This document shows, piece by piece, positions 30,445-40,569 of a stretch of DNA of 64,000 nt. The stretch spans positions 99,697-163,696 of the forward strand of contig CAUFQQ010000002.1 of assembly GCA_959028125.1 (NCBI GenBank), in the 5' to 3' direction. Both the position numbers and the translations under genes were made by a program. The stretch is from an uncultured Bifidobacterium sp. GTDB lineage: Bacteria; Actinomycetota; Actinomycetes; Actinomycetales; Bifidobacteriaceae. Every line of letters begins with the position of its first letter. The stretch's first letter is position 1. The notes under the pieces were generated by a model that worked only from the letters and a program-made list of their open reading frames with translations, was not told the DNA's origin and made no database searches.

Positions 30445-32724
30445 ATGTCGAGTTATTCCGCCCAGTTGCGTGAAGAACAACAGGCCGTCAGCCGCGCGTA
30501 CGGCCGCTTGGATGATCTGCGGGCCCAAGCTCGTGCCCGTCTCGACACCGTGCGTGCTGCCGGCTCGCACGGATCGCCCACGCAACGCACCGAACGCGAT
30601 TCCTTCGCCACCATGTACGAGGATCGCCTCACCCAGCTGCGTGCCGTCGAAGATCGCCTGGTGTTCGGCAGACTCGACGATGTCCACGGTGCGCACAGAT
30701 ACATCGGGCGTATCGGACTGTCCAACGAAAACCACGAGCCGATCCTCACCGATTGGCGAGCCGACGCGGCACGTCCGTTCTACGAAGCGACGCCTTCCAA
30801 TCATGGCGATATCGTAATGCGCCGCCATATCACACTCAGCTTCCGTGAAGTGGTCGGCGTTGAAGACGAGGTGCTCGATGTGCACTCCGACCAGGTCGGG
30901 CAGGCGTCTTCGGACGGCACTCTGACCGGCGAAGGCGCGCTGCTCGCATCGTTGAACGCCAAGCGCACCGGCAAGATGACCGATATCGTGGCAACCATCC
31001 AAGCCGAGCAGGATCGCATTATTCGCGCCGACCTCAACCAGGCCGTGGTGGTGCAGGGTGGACCGGGTACCGGCAAAACCGCCGTGGCGCTGCACCGTGC
31101 GGCATATCTGCTCTACACGCATCGGCGAATGCTCGAACGCTCCGGTGTGCTCGTGGTCGGACCGAGCTCAACCTTCCTGCATTACATCGATCAGGTGCTC
31201 CCCTCCCTCGGCGAGACCGGAGTGGTCAGCCGAACCATCGCCGATCTGATCCCCGGCGTGATCGCGACGGCGCATGACAACCCGTTCGCCGCGAAATTGA
31301 AGGGCGAACGTCGTATGTCCAAAGCCATCGCCAATGCCGTTGCCGCACGAGAACGCGTCCCCGCATCATTGCCGTCGATCCGCATCAACGGATTCGCAGT
31401 GCCCATCGTGCGCGCGGATATCGAACAGGCCATCACCGATGCCAAGCGCACGCGACAGCAGCACAACAAAGCACGCGAAACTTTCGTGCATAGCATGTTG
31501 ATCGCCATGCGCAACCGTTATGTGGACAAGCTTGATTACGAGCCGGAGCAGGCGGAGTTGACGGATGTGATGCAGCAGTTGCGCATGAATGACACCTTGC
31601 GCAAGACGTTGAATCTCGCATGGTTGCCGATGACCGGCGAATGGCTTATCGACCAACTGTTCTGCAAGCCGCAGCAGCTTCGTCGCTTCGCACCATGGCT
31701 TGAGGAACGCGATATCGAAGCATTGGTTCGCCCCAAAGGGTCGCCGTTTACCGTCAGCGATATTCCGCTGCTGGATGAAGCCATGGAACTGCTTGGCCCC
31801 GACCCCAAAGCGGTCGCCCGCCAAAAGGCGTTGGACGCCAAGCGCGCCGAGGAGGAGCAGTTCGCGCAAGATACGCTGGCTCAAGCTGGCATCGGCTCCG
31901 GCATCGTCACTTCGCAGATGTTGGTCGACAATATCAACGGGATGGACGCGGAACTCACCGCGCAGCGCGCCGCCGCAGACCGTGAATGGACATATGGGCA
32001 TATCGTTGTCGATGAAGCTCAGGAACTCACCGCCATGGATTGGCGCATGCTCATCCGCCGTTGCCCGTCGCGTTCGTTCACCATTGTGGGCGATGTTGCG
32101 CAAACCTCCGCATTGGGCGGCACCCGTTCGTGGCGGCGTATGATGGATCCGTTGTTCGGACCCCACAATTGGCAACTCAACGAATTGACGATTAATTACC
32201 GCAATCCGAAGGAAGTGTCGCAGCTCGCCTGTGATTTCGCGGCAACGGAGGGATTGTACATCTCCACCGTCAATGCGGTGCGTGGCATGCCGGATTCGGT
32301 CAAGCGCCTCACTCTGGCCGACGACAGTCTGATTGCCGATGCCGTGGCACAGCAGACCGTCGATCTGGTCCGCGCATTCGTCTCCTCCGATGGCACCGGA
32401 CGCGTGGCCATCATCGCACCTGACGATATGGTCAAGCCGTTGCGCAGGCGGGTGTACGAACAGCTTCGCGAAACATTGACGGCGAAGGAGTTCGACCGTC
32501 TCGATGCGCAGAGCTCTTGGGATGAACAGGTCACCGTTTGTTCCACGCAAATGGTGAAAGGCTTGGAATACGACGCAGTGATGGTGGTGCAGCCGGGAAG
32601 CATCGAGGAGAATGCCCCCTCACGCATTGTGGCCGCAGCCGATTTATACGTCGCCATGACCAGACCGACACAACGTCTGCTTATAGTCCGGACAAATGCA
32701 GACGAAAAACTGCTCAAGCTATAA
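30445..32724 (+). CDS. helD: HelD/HelR-type RNA polymerase recycling ATPase
   Basis: FGRLD, YIGRIG, DWRA, DIVATIQAEQD, GGPGTGKT, VDEAQE, KGLEYD, YVAMTR. Confidence 0.88.
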   Translation: MSSYSAQLREEQQAVSRAYGRLDDLRAQARARLDTVRAAGSHGSPTQRTERDSFATMYEDRLTQLRAVEDRLVFGRLDDVHGAHRYIGRIGLSNENHEPILTDWRADAARPFYEATPSNHGDIVMRRHITLSFREVVGVEDEVLDVHSDQVGQASSDGTLTGEGALLASLNAKRTGKMTDIVATIQAEQDRIIRADLNQAVVVQGGPGTGKTAVALHRAAYLLYTHRRMLERSGVLVVGPSSTFLHYIDQVLPSLGETGVVSRTIADLIPGVIATAHDNPFAAKLKGERRMSKAIANAVAARERVPASLPSIRINGFAVPIVRADIEQAITDAKRTRQQHNKARETFVHSMLIAMRNRYVDKLDYEPEQAELTDVMQQLRMNDTLRKTLNLAWLPMTGEWLIDQLFCKPQQLRRFAPWLEERDIEALVRPKGSPFTVSDIPLLDEAMELLGPDPKAVARQKALDAKRAEEEQFAQDTLAQAGIGSGIVTSQMLVDNINGMDAELTAQRAAADREWTYGHIVVDEAQELTAMDWRMLIRRCPSRSFTIVGDVAQTSALGGTRSWRRMMDPLFGPHNWQLNELTINYRNPKEVSQLACDFAATEGLYISTVNAVRGMPDSVKRLTLADDSLIADAVAQQTVDLVRAFVSSDGTGRVAIIAPDDMVKPLRRRVYEQLRETLTAKEFDRLDAQSSWDEQVTVCSTQMVKGLEYDAVMVVQPGSIEENAPSRIVAAADLYVAMTRPTQRLLIVRTNADEKLLKL

Positions 32725-32734
32725 GGTAGGAACC

Positions 32735-33934
32735 ATGCCTAAAGCATTGTTACTTGAAAATATTCATCCTGACGCGGCACAGTCACTGCGTGACCACGGC
32801 TTCGAAGTCGAGTGCCTCAGGGGCGCCCTCAACGAAGATGAACTCATCGACGCCTTGGAAGACGTTGATCTGCTGGGCATTCGCTCCAAAACCAGCGTGA
32901 CCAGCAAAGTCATCGACGCACGTCCGACGCTCACGGCCGTCGGCTGCTTCTGCATCGGCACCAATCAGGTCGATCTCGACTATGCGGGCAAGCACGGCGT
33001 CGCCGTGTTCAATGCCCCATATTCCAACACTCGCTCCGTGGTGGAACTGGTTATCGGCGACATCATTTGCCTGATGCGCCGCATTCCTGCGCATACCCAT
33101 CATATGAAGCACGGTATGTGGGACAAGTCTGCTTCCGGCTCTCATGAAGTGCGAGGCAAGACGCTCGGCATCATCGGCTACGGCAATATCGGATCTCAGC
33201 TTTCCGTCATCGCCGAGGCACTTGGCATGCGCGTGGTGTTCTACGACATTGAAGAGAAGCTTGCCATGGGCAATGCCCATCGTTGCTCCACGCTGAACGA
33301 ACTGCTCGAACAGTCCGATGTGGTCACACTGCATGTCGATGGCCGCAAGTCCAATACCGGTTTCTTCGGTGAGGACCAGTTCGCGCATATGAAGCAGGAT
33401 TCGATCTTCATCAATCTTTCCCGCGGTTTTGTGGCTGATTTGGACGCTCTGAAGAAGCATTTGGACTCCGGCCACATTTCGGGCGCCGCAGTGGATGTGT
33501 TCCCTGTCGAGCCGAAGAAGAGCGGCGACGAGTTTTTGACGAGCCTTGCGGATGAAGACAATATGATTCTGACCCCGCATATTGGCGGGTCTACGCTTGA
33601 AGCCCAGAAGTCCATCGGACAGTTCGTCTCACAGCGTCTTGAGGATTATTGGTTCAGGGGATCCACCATGTTGTCCGTGAATCTTCCGCAGATCACACTG
33701 TCTGATATTCGTTCGAACTTCCGCATCGCGCATCTTCACGCGAATTTGCCTGGCGTACTTGCCAAGGTGAACCGTGTGCTCGGAGAAGAGAATATCAACA
33801 TCGCGGCACAGGCACTGGGCACCGAAGGCGAAATCGGCTATGTGGTCACCGATGTGGCCCAGCGCCCCAGCCAGAAGGCTTTGGACGAACTCGCAGCCAT
33901 CGAAGGCACGATCCGTATGCGTGTGATCAGCTGA
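32735..33934 (+). CDS. serA: D-3-phosphoglycerate dehydrogenase with C-terminal ACT domain
   Basis: GIRSKT, CIGTNQVDL, NTRSVVE, GYGNIG, TPHIGGST, HANLPGVL. Confidence 0.93.
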   Translation: MPKALLLENIHPDAAQSLRDHGFEVECLRGALNEDELIDALEDVDLLGIRSKTSVTSKVIDARPTLTAVGCFCIGTNQVDLDYAGKHGVAVFNAPYSNTRSVVELVIGDIICLMRRIPAHTHHMKHGMWDKSASGSHEVRGKTLGIIGYGNIGSQLSVIAEALGMRVVFYDIEEKLAMGNAHRCSTLNELLEQSDVVTLHVDGRKSNTGFFGEDQFAHMKQDSIFINLSRGFVADLDALKKHLDSGHISGAAVDVFPVEPKKSGDEFLTSLADEDNMILTPHIGGSTLEAQKSIGQFVSQRLEDYWFRGSTMLSVNLPQITLSDIRSNFRIAHLHANLPGVLAKVNRVLGEENINIAAQALGTEGEIGYVVTDVAQRPSQKALDELAAIEGTIRMRVIS

Positions 33935-33968
33935 CGATCCCAATCCGGCAAACGCCACTACGATACGA

Positions 33969-34019
33969 ATGCATTGTGGGGGTTCCAATCACTTATTGGC
34001 TGGAACCCCCACAATGCAT
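33969..34019. terminator. 19-bp hairpin between serA and nrdR
   Basis: ATGCATTGTGGGGGTTCCA / TGGAACCCCCACAATGCAT. Confidence 0.75.
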
Positions 34020-34119
34020 GAACCCTAATGCCGTTTGCCGTAATCGCCCAGTTTTGCGCTACCAAGTCCATTTCAGCCAAAACAAACGCATTATCATATG
34101 CGTTCGCAACCGTTCGAAC

Positions 34120-34572
34120 CTACTTCAGCGCATCGGCCTTCAGCTCGTCGATCGCGTTCTGGAAATCCTCAAGATTCTCAAAATTCTGGTATACACTGGC
34201 GAATCGCATATACGCGACCTCATCAAGATCACGCAACGGTTTCAAAATGGCCCTGCCGACCTCGTCGGATTTGACTTGAGCCAGTCCTCGGGCACGAAGA
34301 TCCTCTTCGACCTGCTGGCCAAGAGCCTTCAAATCGTCTTCCTTGATCGGACGGCCCTGGCATGCCTTGCGAACACCAGAAATCACCTTGTTCCTATCGA
34401 ACTGCTCAACGTTGCCGGAACGCTTCACCACCAACAACATAGTGGTCTCTAGCGTGGTGAAACGCTTGGAGCATTTCGGGCATTCACGCCTACGGCGGAT
34501 GGAATGGCCGTCATCGCTGATGCGGGTATCGACCACCTTGGTATCTGGATTCTGACAAAAAGGGCAATGCAT
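34120..34572 (-). CDS. nrdR: Transcriptional repressor NrdR
   Basis: MHCPFC...[18 protein letters not shown] cone, [10 protein letters not shown]. Confidence 0.96.
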   Translation of the reverse strand: MHCPFCQNPDTKVVDTRISDDGHSIRRRRECPKCSKRFTTLETTMLLVVKRSGNVEQFDRNKVISGVRKACQGRPIKEDDLKALGQQVEEDLRARGLAQVKSDEVGRAILKPLRDLDEVAYMRFASVYQNFENLEDFQNAIDELKADALK

Positions 34573-34621
34573 GGTGTCAAGAATAGCCTGAACCATTGAA
34601 CTAGGCCAATCTTGCGCGGGT

Positions 34622-34942
34622 TCATACCTCGTCGGGAACGATAAGTCTTTGACCGGCCCGAAGCGATACTGAATCCAGATTATTCAGTCGTACCAGCTCG
34701 TCCACAGTATCCGCAACATTGCCACCATCAGGCGTAATACGCGCAGCGTACCCCCACAACGTATCGCCCGGCTGGACGGTATATACCACCACCGGCGTCG
34801 CTCCGGGATCTGACTGCGCGCGTGCAGGCATCATCAATCCAGCCAAACACCATGCGAGCACCATCAGCATCATGATTACGGCCAGTCGATCCGCCCAGAC
34901 TTTGAAATCAACGCCATGAGCCTTCGGCACACGATCCATCAC
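34622..34942 (-). CDS. Membrane-anchored LysM protein, probable SOS cell-division inhibitor (YneA/ChiZ/DivS-like)
   Basis: TM followed by [10 protein letters not shown]...LNNL...GQRLIVP; divergent from lexA. Confidence 0.8.
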   Translation of the reverse strand: MMDRVPKAHGVDFKVWADRLAVIMMLMVLAWCLAGLMMPARAQSDPGATPVVVYTVQPGDTLWGYAARITPDGGNVADTVDELVRLNNLDSVSLRAGQRLIVPDEV

Positions 34943-34953
34943 GCCACTCCTTC

Positions 34954-35037
34954 TCGAACAGCTGTTCTATCGAACGCATGTTCTGAGTATGGCACAAATG
35001 TTCGATAATTGCAGACACACCTCGAACAGATGTTTGA
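34954..35037. promoter_or_regulatory. Cluster of four LexA (SOS) boxes
   Basis: TCGAAC-AGCT-GTTCTA (34954), TCGAAC-GCAT-GTTCTG (34970), TGGCAC-AAAT-GTTCGA (34990), TCGAAC-AGAT-GTTTGA (35022); actinobacterial consensus TCGAAC-N4-GTTCGA. Confidence 0.85.
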
Positions 35038-35088
35038 TTTTCTCGGCGTTTCGCGTTATGCTTGCCTAAGACCTGAAAGGAGCCCACC

Positions 35089-35805
35089 GTGAGCACCGTC
35101 CCATTCACGCCCAAAAAGGATGCCGAGCGTCCGGATGAAAGCACGCTGACCGACCGTCAGCGCAAGGTGCTTGGCGCCATCAAAAAACATCTCGTCGAGC
35201 AGGGGTTCGCTCCCTCATTCCGCGAAATCGGCGAAGCCGCAGGGCTTAAAAGTCCGTCATCCGTCAAACACCAGTTGCAAGTGCTTGACGACAAGGGCTT
35301 CATTCGCATGAACGCGAACAAGGGCAGAGCCATCGAAGTCGTGAGTTTCGACGATGACGAGGTTTCGCCCGGCAAAGTAGCGCAGGTCATCCCATTCCCG
35401 AGCCAATCTGATTCCAGCGGATCCATCATGGCTTCCCGCGATGTCCCCTTGGTGGGACGCATCGCGGCAGGCGTGCCCATCACCGCCGAGCAGCATGTGG
35501 ACGATGTGATGCGTCTGCCGGAACGTCTCACTGGCACCGGCAATCTGTTTATGCTTGAAGTGCATGGCGACTCCATGATTGACGCGGCTATCTGCGATGG
35601 TGATTTTGTGGTGGTACGCGAGCAGAACACCGCGGAAAATGGAGATATTGTGGCGGCGCTGCTCGACGATGAAGCCACGGTGAAAACGTTCCGCAAGGAT
35701 CATGGCCATGTCTGGCTCATTCCGCACAATCCCGCCTACTCCCCTATCGATGGCACGCATGCTGAGATCATGGGCAAGGTGGTCACCGTGCTCCGCAAAA
35801 TCTGA
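35089..35805 (+). CDS. lexA: SOS repressor LexA
   Basis: PSFREIG wHTH, Ala-Gly cleavage site (IAAGVP), GDSM (Ser) and TVK (Lys). Confidence 0.96.
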   Translation: MSTVPFTPKKDAERPDESTLTDRQRKVLGAIKKHLVEQGFAPSFREIGEAAGLKSPSSVKHQLQVLDDKGFIRMNANKGRAIEVVSFDDDEVSPGKVAQVIPFPSQSDSSGSIMASRDVPLVGRIAAGVPITAEQHVDDVMRLPERLTGTGNLFMLEVHGDSMIDAAICDGDFVVVREQNTAENGDIVAALLDDEATVKTFRKDHGHVWLIPHNPAYSPIDGTHAEIMGKVVTVLRKI

Positions 35806-35829
35806 CGTTAGACTATTCAACGCCATTGA

Positions 35830-35886
35830 AATCGCGCCCACAAAGATGAAGCCATAAACAAAGACTCCATCTTTGTGGGCGCGATT
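35830..35886. terminator. 19-bp hairpin between lexA and the CDF gene
   Basis: AATCGCGCCCACAAAGATG / CATCTTTGTGGGCGCGATT. Confidence 0.72.
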
Positions 35887-35921
35887 CTTTTCCGGTAAAC
35901 GCACCGGTCATTTAAGAATGT

Positions 35922-36857
35922 TTAGGAATGCATTTCGGATTTGCTGGTCGAACTGTATCCTTCCGGTTCGAGTTGGAAGGTGGTATGAGGTACGGATACG
36001 GGGAAATGTTCGCGCAGGCAATCTTGTAGTTGTGCGAGTATTTCCGCCGCTTCTTTCATGGTGAGTCCTTGTTCGACCACAACATGCGCCATGAAGATCG
36101 GCATGCCTGTGGATACGATGCTCGCGTGGATGTCGTGTACCGCCACAACATGCGGCACTTGTTCCAAGTGGGAACGCACTTCATCGAGATCAAGACCGTT
36201 GGGGGTTTCTTCGAGAAGCACGCGAACCGCGTTGCGCAACAGTTTGATGGCTCGCGGGATCATCATGAGTGCGATGATGCCACCTGCCACAGCGTCGAAT
36301 CCGGCCCAGCCGGTGCAGATGAGCACGCTTGCCGATACGATTACGGCAACGGACCCTAAAGCGTCATTCATGACTTCAAGGAATGCCGCTTTCATGTTCA
36401 TGTTGTCTTCGCTTTGCGATGCGAGGATAAAGATTGATCCGATATTGGCCGCGAGGCCGAGTATGCCCATGAAGAGCAGCAATCGCACGTCGTTTACTTC
36501 GTCGGCAGATCCGCCGAAAAGTCTCATGCCGGCTTCCACAAGCGCATAGATACCTACGATGAGGAGGATGAGGGCTCCGACTGCCGCTGTTAGCACTTCG
36601 AGCCTTGCCCAGCCCCAGGTGCGTTTGTTGCTGGGCTTGCGTTGCATCAGTATTGCGGTGACGGTTGATGCGATGAGTACGGACATGTCGGTGAGCATGT
36701 GTCCGGCATCAACGAGCAGCGCCAACGATTCTGTGATGACCGCGCTGATGACTTCCGCTATGAATACCGTCGAGGTGAGACCGAGCGACATCATGAGCCG
36801 TTTTTGATGTTCCGCTCCTGTGTTCGCTATCGATCCGTGCGCGTGGTCATGTGCCAT
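35922..36857 (-). CDS. Cation diffusion facilitator (CzcD/ZitB-like) metal exporter
   Basis: His-rich N-terminus, SLALLVDAGHMLTD, TWGWARLE, NDALGS, HDIH, HTTFQLE. Confidence 0.9.
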   Translation of the reverse strand: MAHDHAHGSIANTGAEHQKRLMMSLGLTSTVFIAEVISAVITESLALLVDAGHMLTDMSVLIASTVTAILMQRKPSNKRTWGWARLEVLTAAVGALILLIVGIYALVEAGMRLFGGSADEVNDVRLLLFMGILGLAANIGSIFILASQSEDNMNMKAAFLEVMNDALGSVAVIVSASVLICTGWAGFDAVAGGIIALMMIPRAIKLLRNAVRVLLEETPNGLDLDEVRSHLEQVPHVVAVHDIHASIVSTGMPIFMAHVVVEQGLTMKEAAEILAQLQDCLREHFPVSVPHTTFQLEPEGYSSTSKSEMHS

Positions 36858-36888
36858 ATGCTTAATCTTTCAGCCCGATTAAGAAACT

Positions 36889-36909
36889 TATTGAAATTGT
36901 TTCTCAATA
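36889..36909. promoter_or_regulatory. Zur/Fur-like box upstream of the CDF exporter
   Basis: TATTGAAATTGTTTCTCAATA, a 21-bp imperfect palindrome resembling actinobacterial Zur boxes. Confidence 0.55.
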
Positions 36910-37020
36910 CCATTTTCATTGCTCTCAAAACGCAAGAAACCCCAGCCATAGGCCGGGGTTTCCTTTATTTCTTTTTGCAGTCTAACGACTGATCAATCGC
37001 CTGTCAATACCCAAGCAACC

Positions 37021-37171
37021 AAAAAGCGGTAACGCAGCTGGCACTCCGTTGCCGCCAGAAAACAATAAAAAACGCGGTAACGCATGTGACAGCAAGGCGC
37101 ACGGAATGAAGGCGTACAGAGGTACGTCGAATTCCGTGTAACGCAGCTAGCACTCCGTTACCGCGTTTTTT
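37021..37171. repeat. Duplicated/nested hairpin region downstream of ldh
   Basis: 27-nt near-identical direct repeat (37029-37055 and 37138-37164); 16-bp inverted repeat AAAAAACGCGGTAACG (37067) / CGTTACCGCGTTTTTT (37156). Confidence 0.7.
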
Positions 37172-37172
37172 A

Positions 37173-38186
<1,014 letters not shown>

Positions 38187-38261
38187 TTAGAATTTCATCT
38201 TTACTTTATCCACACAGCATGACGTTTCAAGGCGTTATAACACGACTTGCAAATAATGAAA

Positions 38262-38296
38262 AGTGATATGCATCACAAAAGATGTGAGCGCTCACA
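38262..38296. promoter_or_regulatory. CRP-like site plus LacI-family (AraQ-type) operator upstream of ldh
   Basis: AGTGA-TATGCA-TCACA (38262-38277) and the perfect palindrome TGTGAGCGCTCACA (38283-38296). Confidence 0.7.
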
Positions 38297-38335
38297 AACG
38301 CTGTGTCCGTTGCGTTGCACTGTTTTGCAAGGTTT

Positions 38336-39832
38336 TCAGCCGATTGACTGTTCCACGATTTGCGCAGCCAAATGATCGTCCACTTCCGCTTCGAGCATCA
38401 TACCGTCGTCACGGTATTCGACGTTGATCACTTTGCCGTATTCACGTACGCGCGACACCAGCGAACCGGCAGTGTATGGCAGCAACGCCTCGACATGCAC
38501 GTTCGGCGTCGGCAACATGGATTCCACCTGCATACGCAGCTCGTCGACGCCTTCGCCGGAAAACGCCGATACGATGTACGCTTCCGGCATCAACGCCTCG
38601 ATACGCTCGCGTGTGGCCTCATCCATACGGTCGGCCTTGTTGAACACGATAATCGTGGGAATGGTTTCGACGCCGTCGATGTCGGAAAGCACATCGTCGA
38701 CCGCGTCGATTTGCGAGAACGGGTCCGGATGCGATCCGTCCACCACATGCACGATCAGATCGGCTTCGGAAACCTCCTCCAGCGTGGATTTGAACGCTTC
38801 AATCAGCTGCGTAGGCAGTCGACGCACGAACCCGACGGTATCGACGTACGCATATTGACGTCCATCTTTGGCACGCGCCCTGCGCACTGCGGTGTCCAAT
38901 GTGGCGAATAGCGCGTTCTCCACCAATTCCGCTGATCCGGTCAACCGATTCGTCAACGACGATTTGCCCGCGTTCGTATATCCAACCACAGCAACGGTCG
39001 GCAATCCGAAACGACGGCGAGCGCCACGTTTGACGTCACGCGCGGGAGCCATCTGTTCGATCTGTTTGCGGAGTTTGGCGATGCGGCTTCGGATCACACG
39101 GCGGTCCATTTCGATTTTCGTTTCGCCAGGTCCTCGCGAGCCGATGCCCGCGTCTCCTGCGGCGCGGCCACCTGCCTGTCGCGACAGTGATCCGCCCCAG
39201 CCTCGCAGTCGTGGCAGCATGTACTGGAGTTGTGCCAGTTCCACTTGGGCTTTGCCTTCGCGTGAGGTCGCATGTTGGGCGAAAATGTCGAGGATCACGG
39301 CAGTGCGATCCACGACCTTCACTTTGGTGGCGTCTTCCAAGGCGCGGCGTTGGCTTGGCGGCAGGTCGTCGTCCACAACGATGGTGTCGGCTTCCTCTTG
39401 CGCCACGATTCCGGCGAGTTCGCGGGCTTTACCGGAGCCAACGTATGTAGCTGCGTCCGGCTTGATACGATGCTGCAGCAGGCCGTCGCATACCACGGCG
39501 CCGGCGGTTTCGGCAAGCGCGGCAAGTTCTCTCAATGATTCTTCGGCCTGTGCCTGTGTGGTTTCACGGCTGGACCACACGCCGACGAGCACAACGCGTT
39601 CGAGGCGGACTTTTCGGTATTCGACTTCGGTGACGTCTTGCATTTCGCCGAGTCCGGACACATGCTTCAACGCATTGCGGGATTCGCGTTCCTGCCATTG
39701 TTCGTCATGGGATTCGTTGAAATGGTTCTCGCCGTTGGTATCAAGCAGCACTTCGGACTGGTCGGCGAGCACGCCTGACACGTCGTTGGCGCTCATGCTA
39801 TGCTCGATGTCGTTTTCTTGGCTCAATGGCAC
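38336..39832 (-). CDS. hflX: Ribosome-splitting GTPase HflX
   Basis: ILDIFAQHA, GPGETKIE, GYTNAGKS, DTVGF, NKAD. Confidence 0.95.
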   Translation of the reverse strand: MPLSQENDIEHSMSANDVSGVLADQSEVLLDTNGENHFNESHDEQWQERESRNALKHVSGLGEMQDVTEVEYRKVRLERVVLVGVWSSRETTQAQAEESLRELAALAETAGAVVCDGLLQHRIKPDAATYVGSGKARELAGIVAQEEADTIVVDDDLPPSQRRALEDATKVKVVDRTAVILDIFAQHATSREGKAQVELAQLQYMLPRLRGWGGSLSRQAGGRAAGDAGIGSRGPGETKIEMDRRVIRSRIAKLRKQIEQMAPARDVKRGARRRFGLPTVAVVGYTNAGKSSLTNRLTGSAELVENALFATLDTAVRRARAKDGRQYAYVDTVGFVRRLPTQLIEAFKSTLEEVSEADLIVHVVDGSHPDPFSQIDAVDDVLSDIDGVETIPTIIVFNKADRMDEATRERIEALMPEAYIVSAFSGEGVDELRMQVESMLPTPNVHVEALLPYTAGSLVSRVREYGKVINVEYRDDGMMLEAEVDDHLAAQIVEQSIG

Positions 39833-39957
39833 CTCTCACGGTTAAACTATGGTGTCTTTATTATCATCATTCTCTAGAGACATGGGTATCGGGCATTCGC
39901 CACGTGGATGAGCGTGGCTTGCGTGATGCCGGAGGCGAGCGTTTGCAAGGAGTGGGT

Positions 39958-40569
39958 ATGGCACAGGCCGAACAGTATTTCGCGGCTGATCCGCAGTCGA
40001 AGGATGTACGTAAGAGGCTGCATGTTGTGTTGCGAGGCAATGAGGCCGATGTTGAGGTTTCCAATGGCGTGTTTTCCGGCAATCGCGTGGATTTGGGAAC
40101 ATCCGTGCTGCTTCGTCAGGCTCCGGAGCCTCCTGAGGAGGGTACGTTCCTTGATTTGGGTTGCGGTTGGGGTCCGATTGCGTTGGCACTTGGCTTTGCT
40201 TCGCCGAAGGCTGATATTTGGGCATTGGATGTGAATGAACGCGCGTTGGATCTGACGCGTCGCAATGCCGAGCTCAATGGTGTGAGGAACGTTCATGCGG
40301 TCACCGCCGATGAGATCCCTTCGGATGTGACGTTTGATCTGATTTGGTCGAATCCGCCGATTCGTGTTGGCAAGGATGTGCTGCATGAGTTGTTGATGAC
40401 GTGGCTGCCGCGTTTGAATGCGGGTGGTGCCGCCTATTTGGTGGTGCAGAAGAATCTGGGGTCGGATTCGTTGATTCCGTGGCTTGCCACGCAGCTTGGC
40501 GATGGCTATGAGGTAAGTAAGTACGCGAGTTCGAAGGGCTTCCGCGTTATCGAGGTTATGAAGGCATGA
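39958..40569 (+). CDS. Small class I SAM methyltransferase (RsmC/MTS-like)
   Basis: GVFS..RVDLGT, LDLGCGWG, SNPPIR. Confidence 0.88.
   Translation: MAQAEQYFAADPQSKDVRKRLHVVLRGNEADVEVSNGVFSGNRVDLGTSVLLRQAPEPPEEGTFLDLGCGWGPIALALGFASPKADIWALDVNERALDLTRRNAELNGVRNVHAVTADEIPSDVTFDLIWSNPPIRVGKDVLHELLMTWLPRLNAGGAAYLVVQKNLGSDSLIPWLATQLGDGYEVSKYASSKGFRVIEVMKA

Noticed and set aside
37021..37171. CRISPR-like repeat
   Set aside because: Only two long copies with irregular spacing and no cas genes; better explained as terminator duplication.
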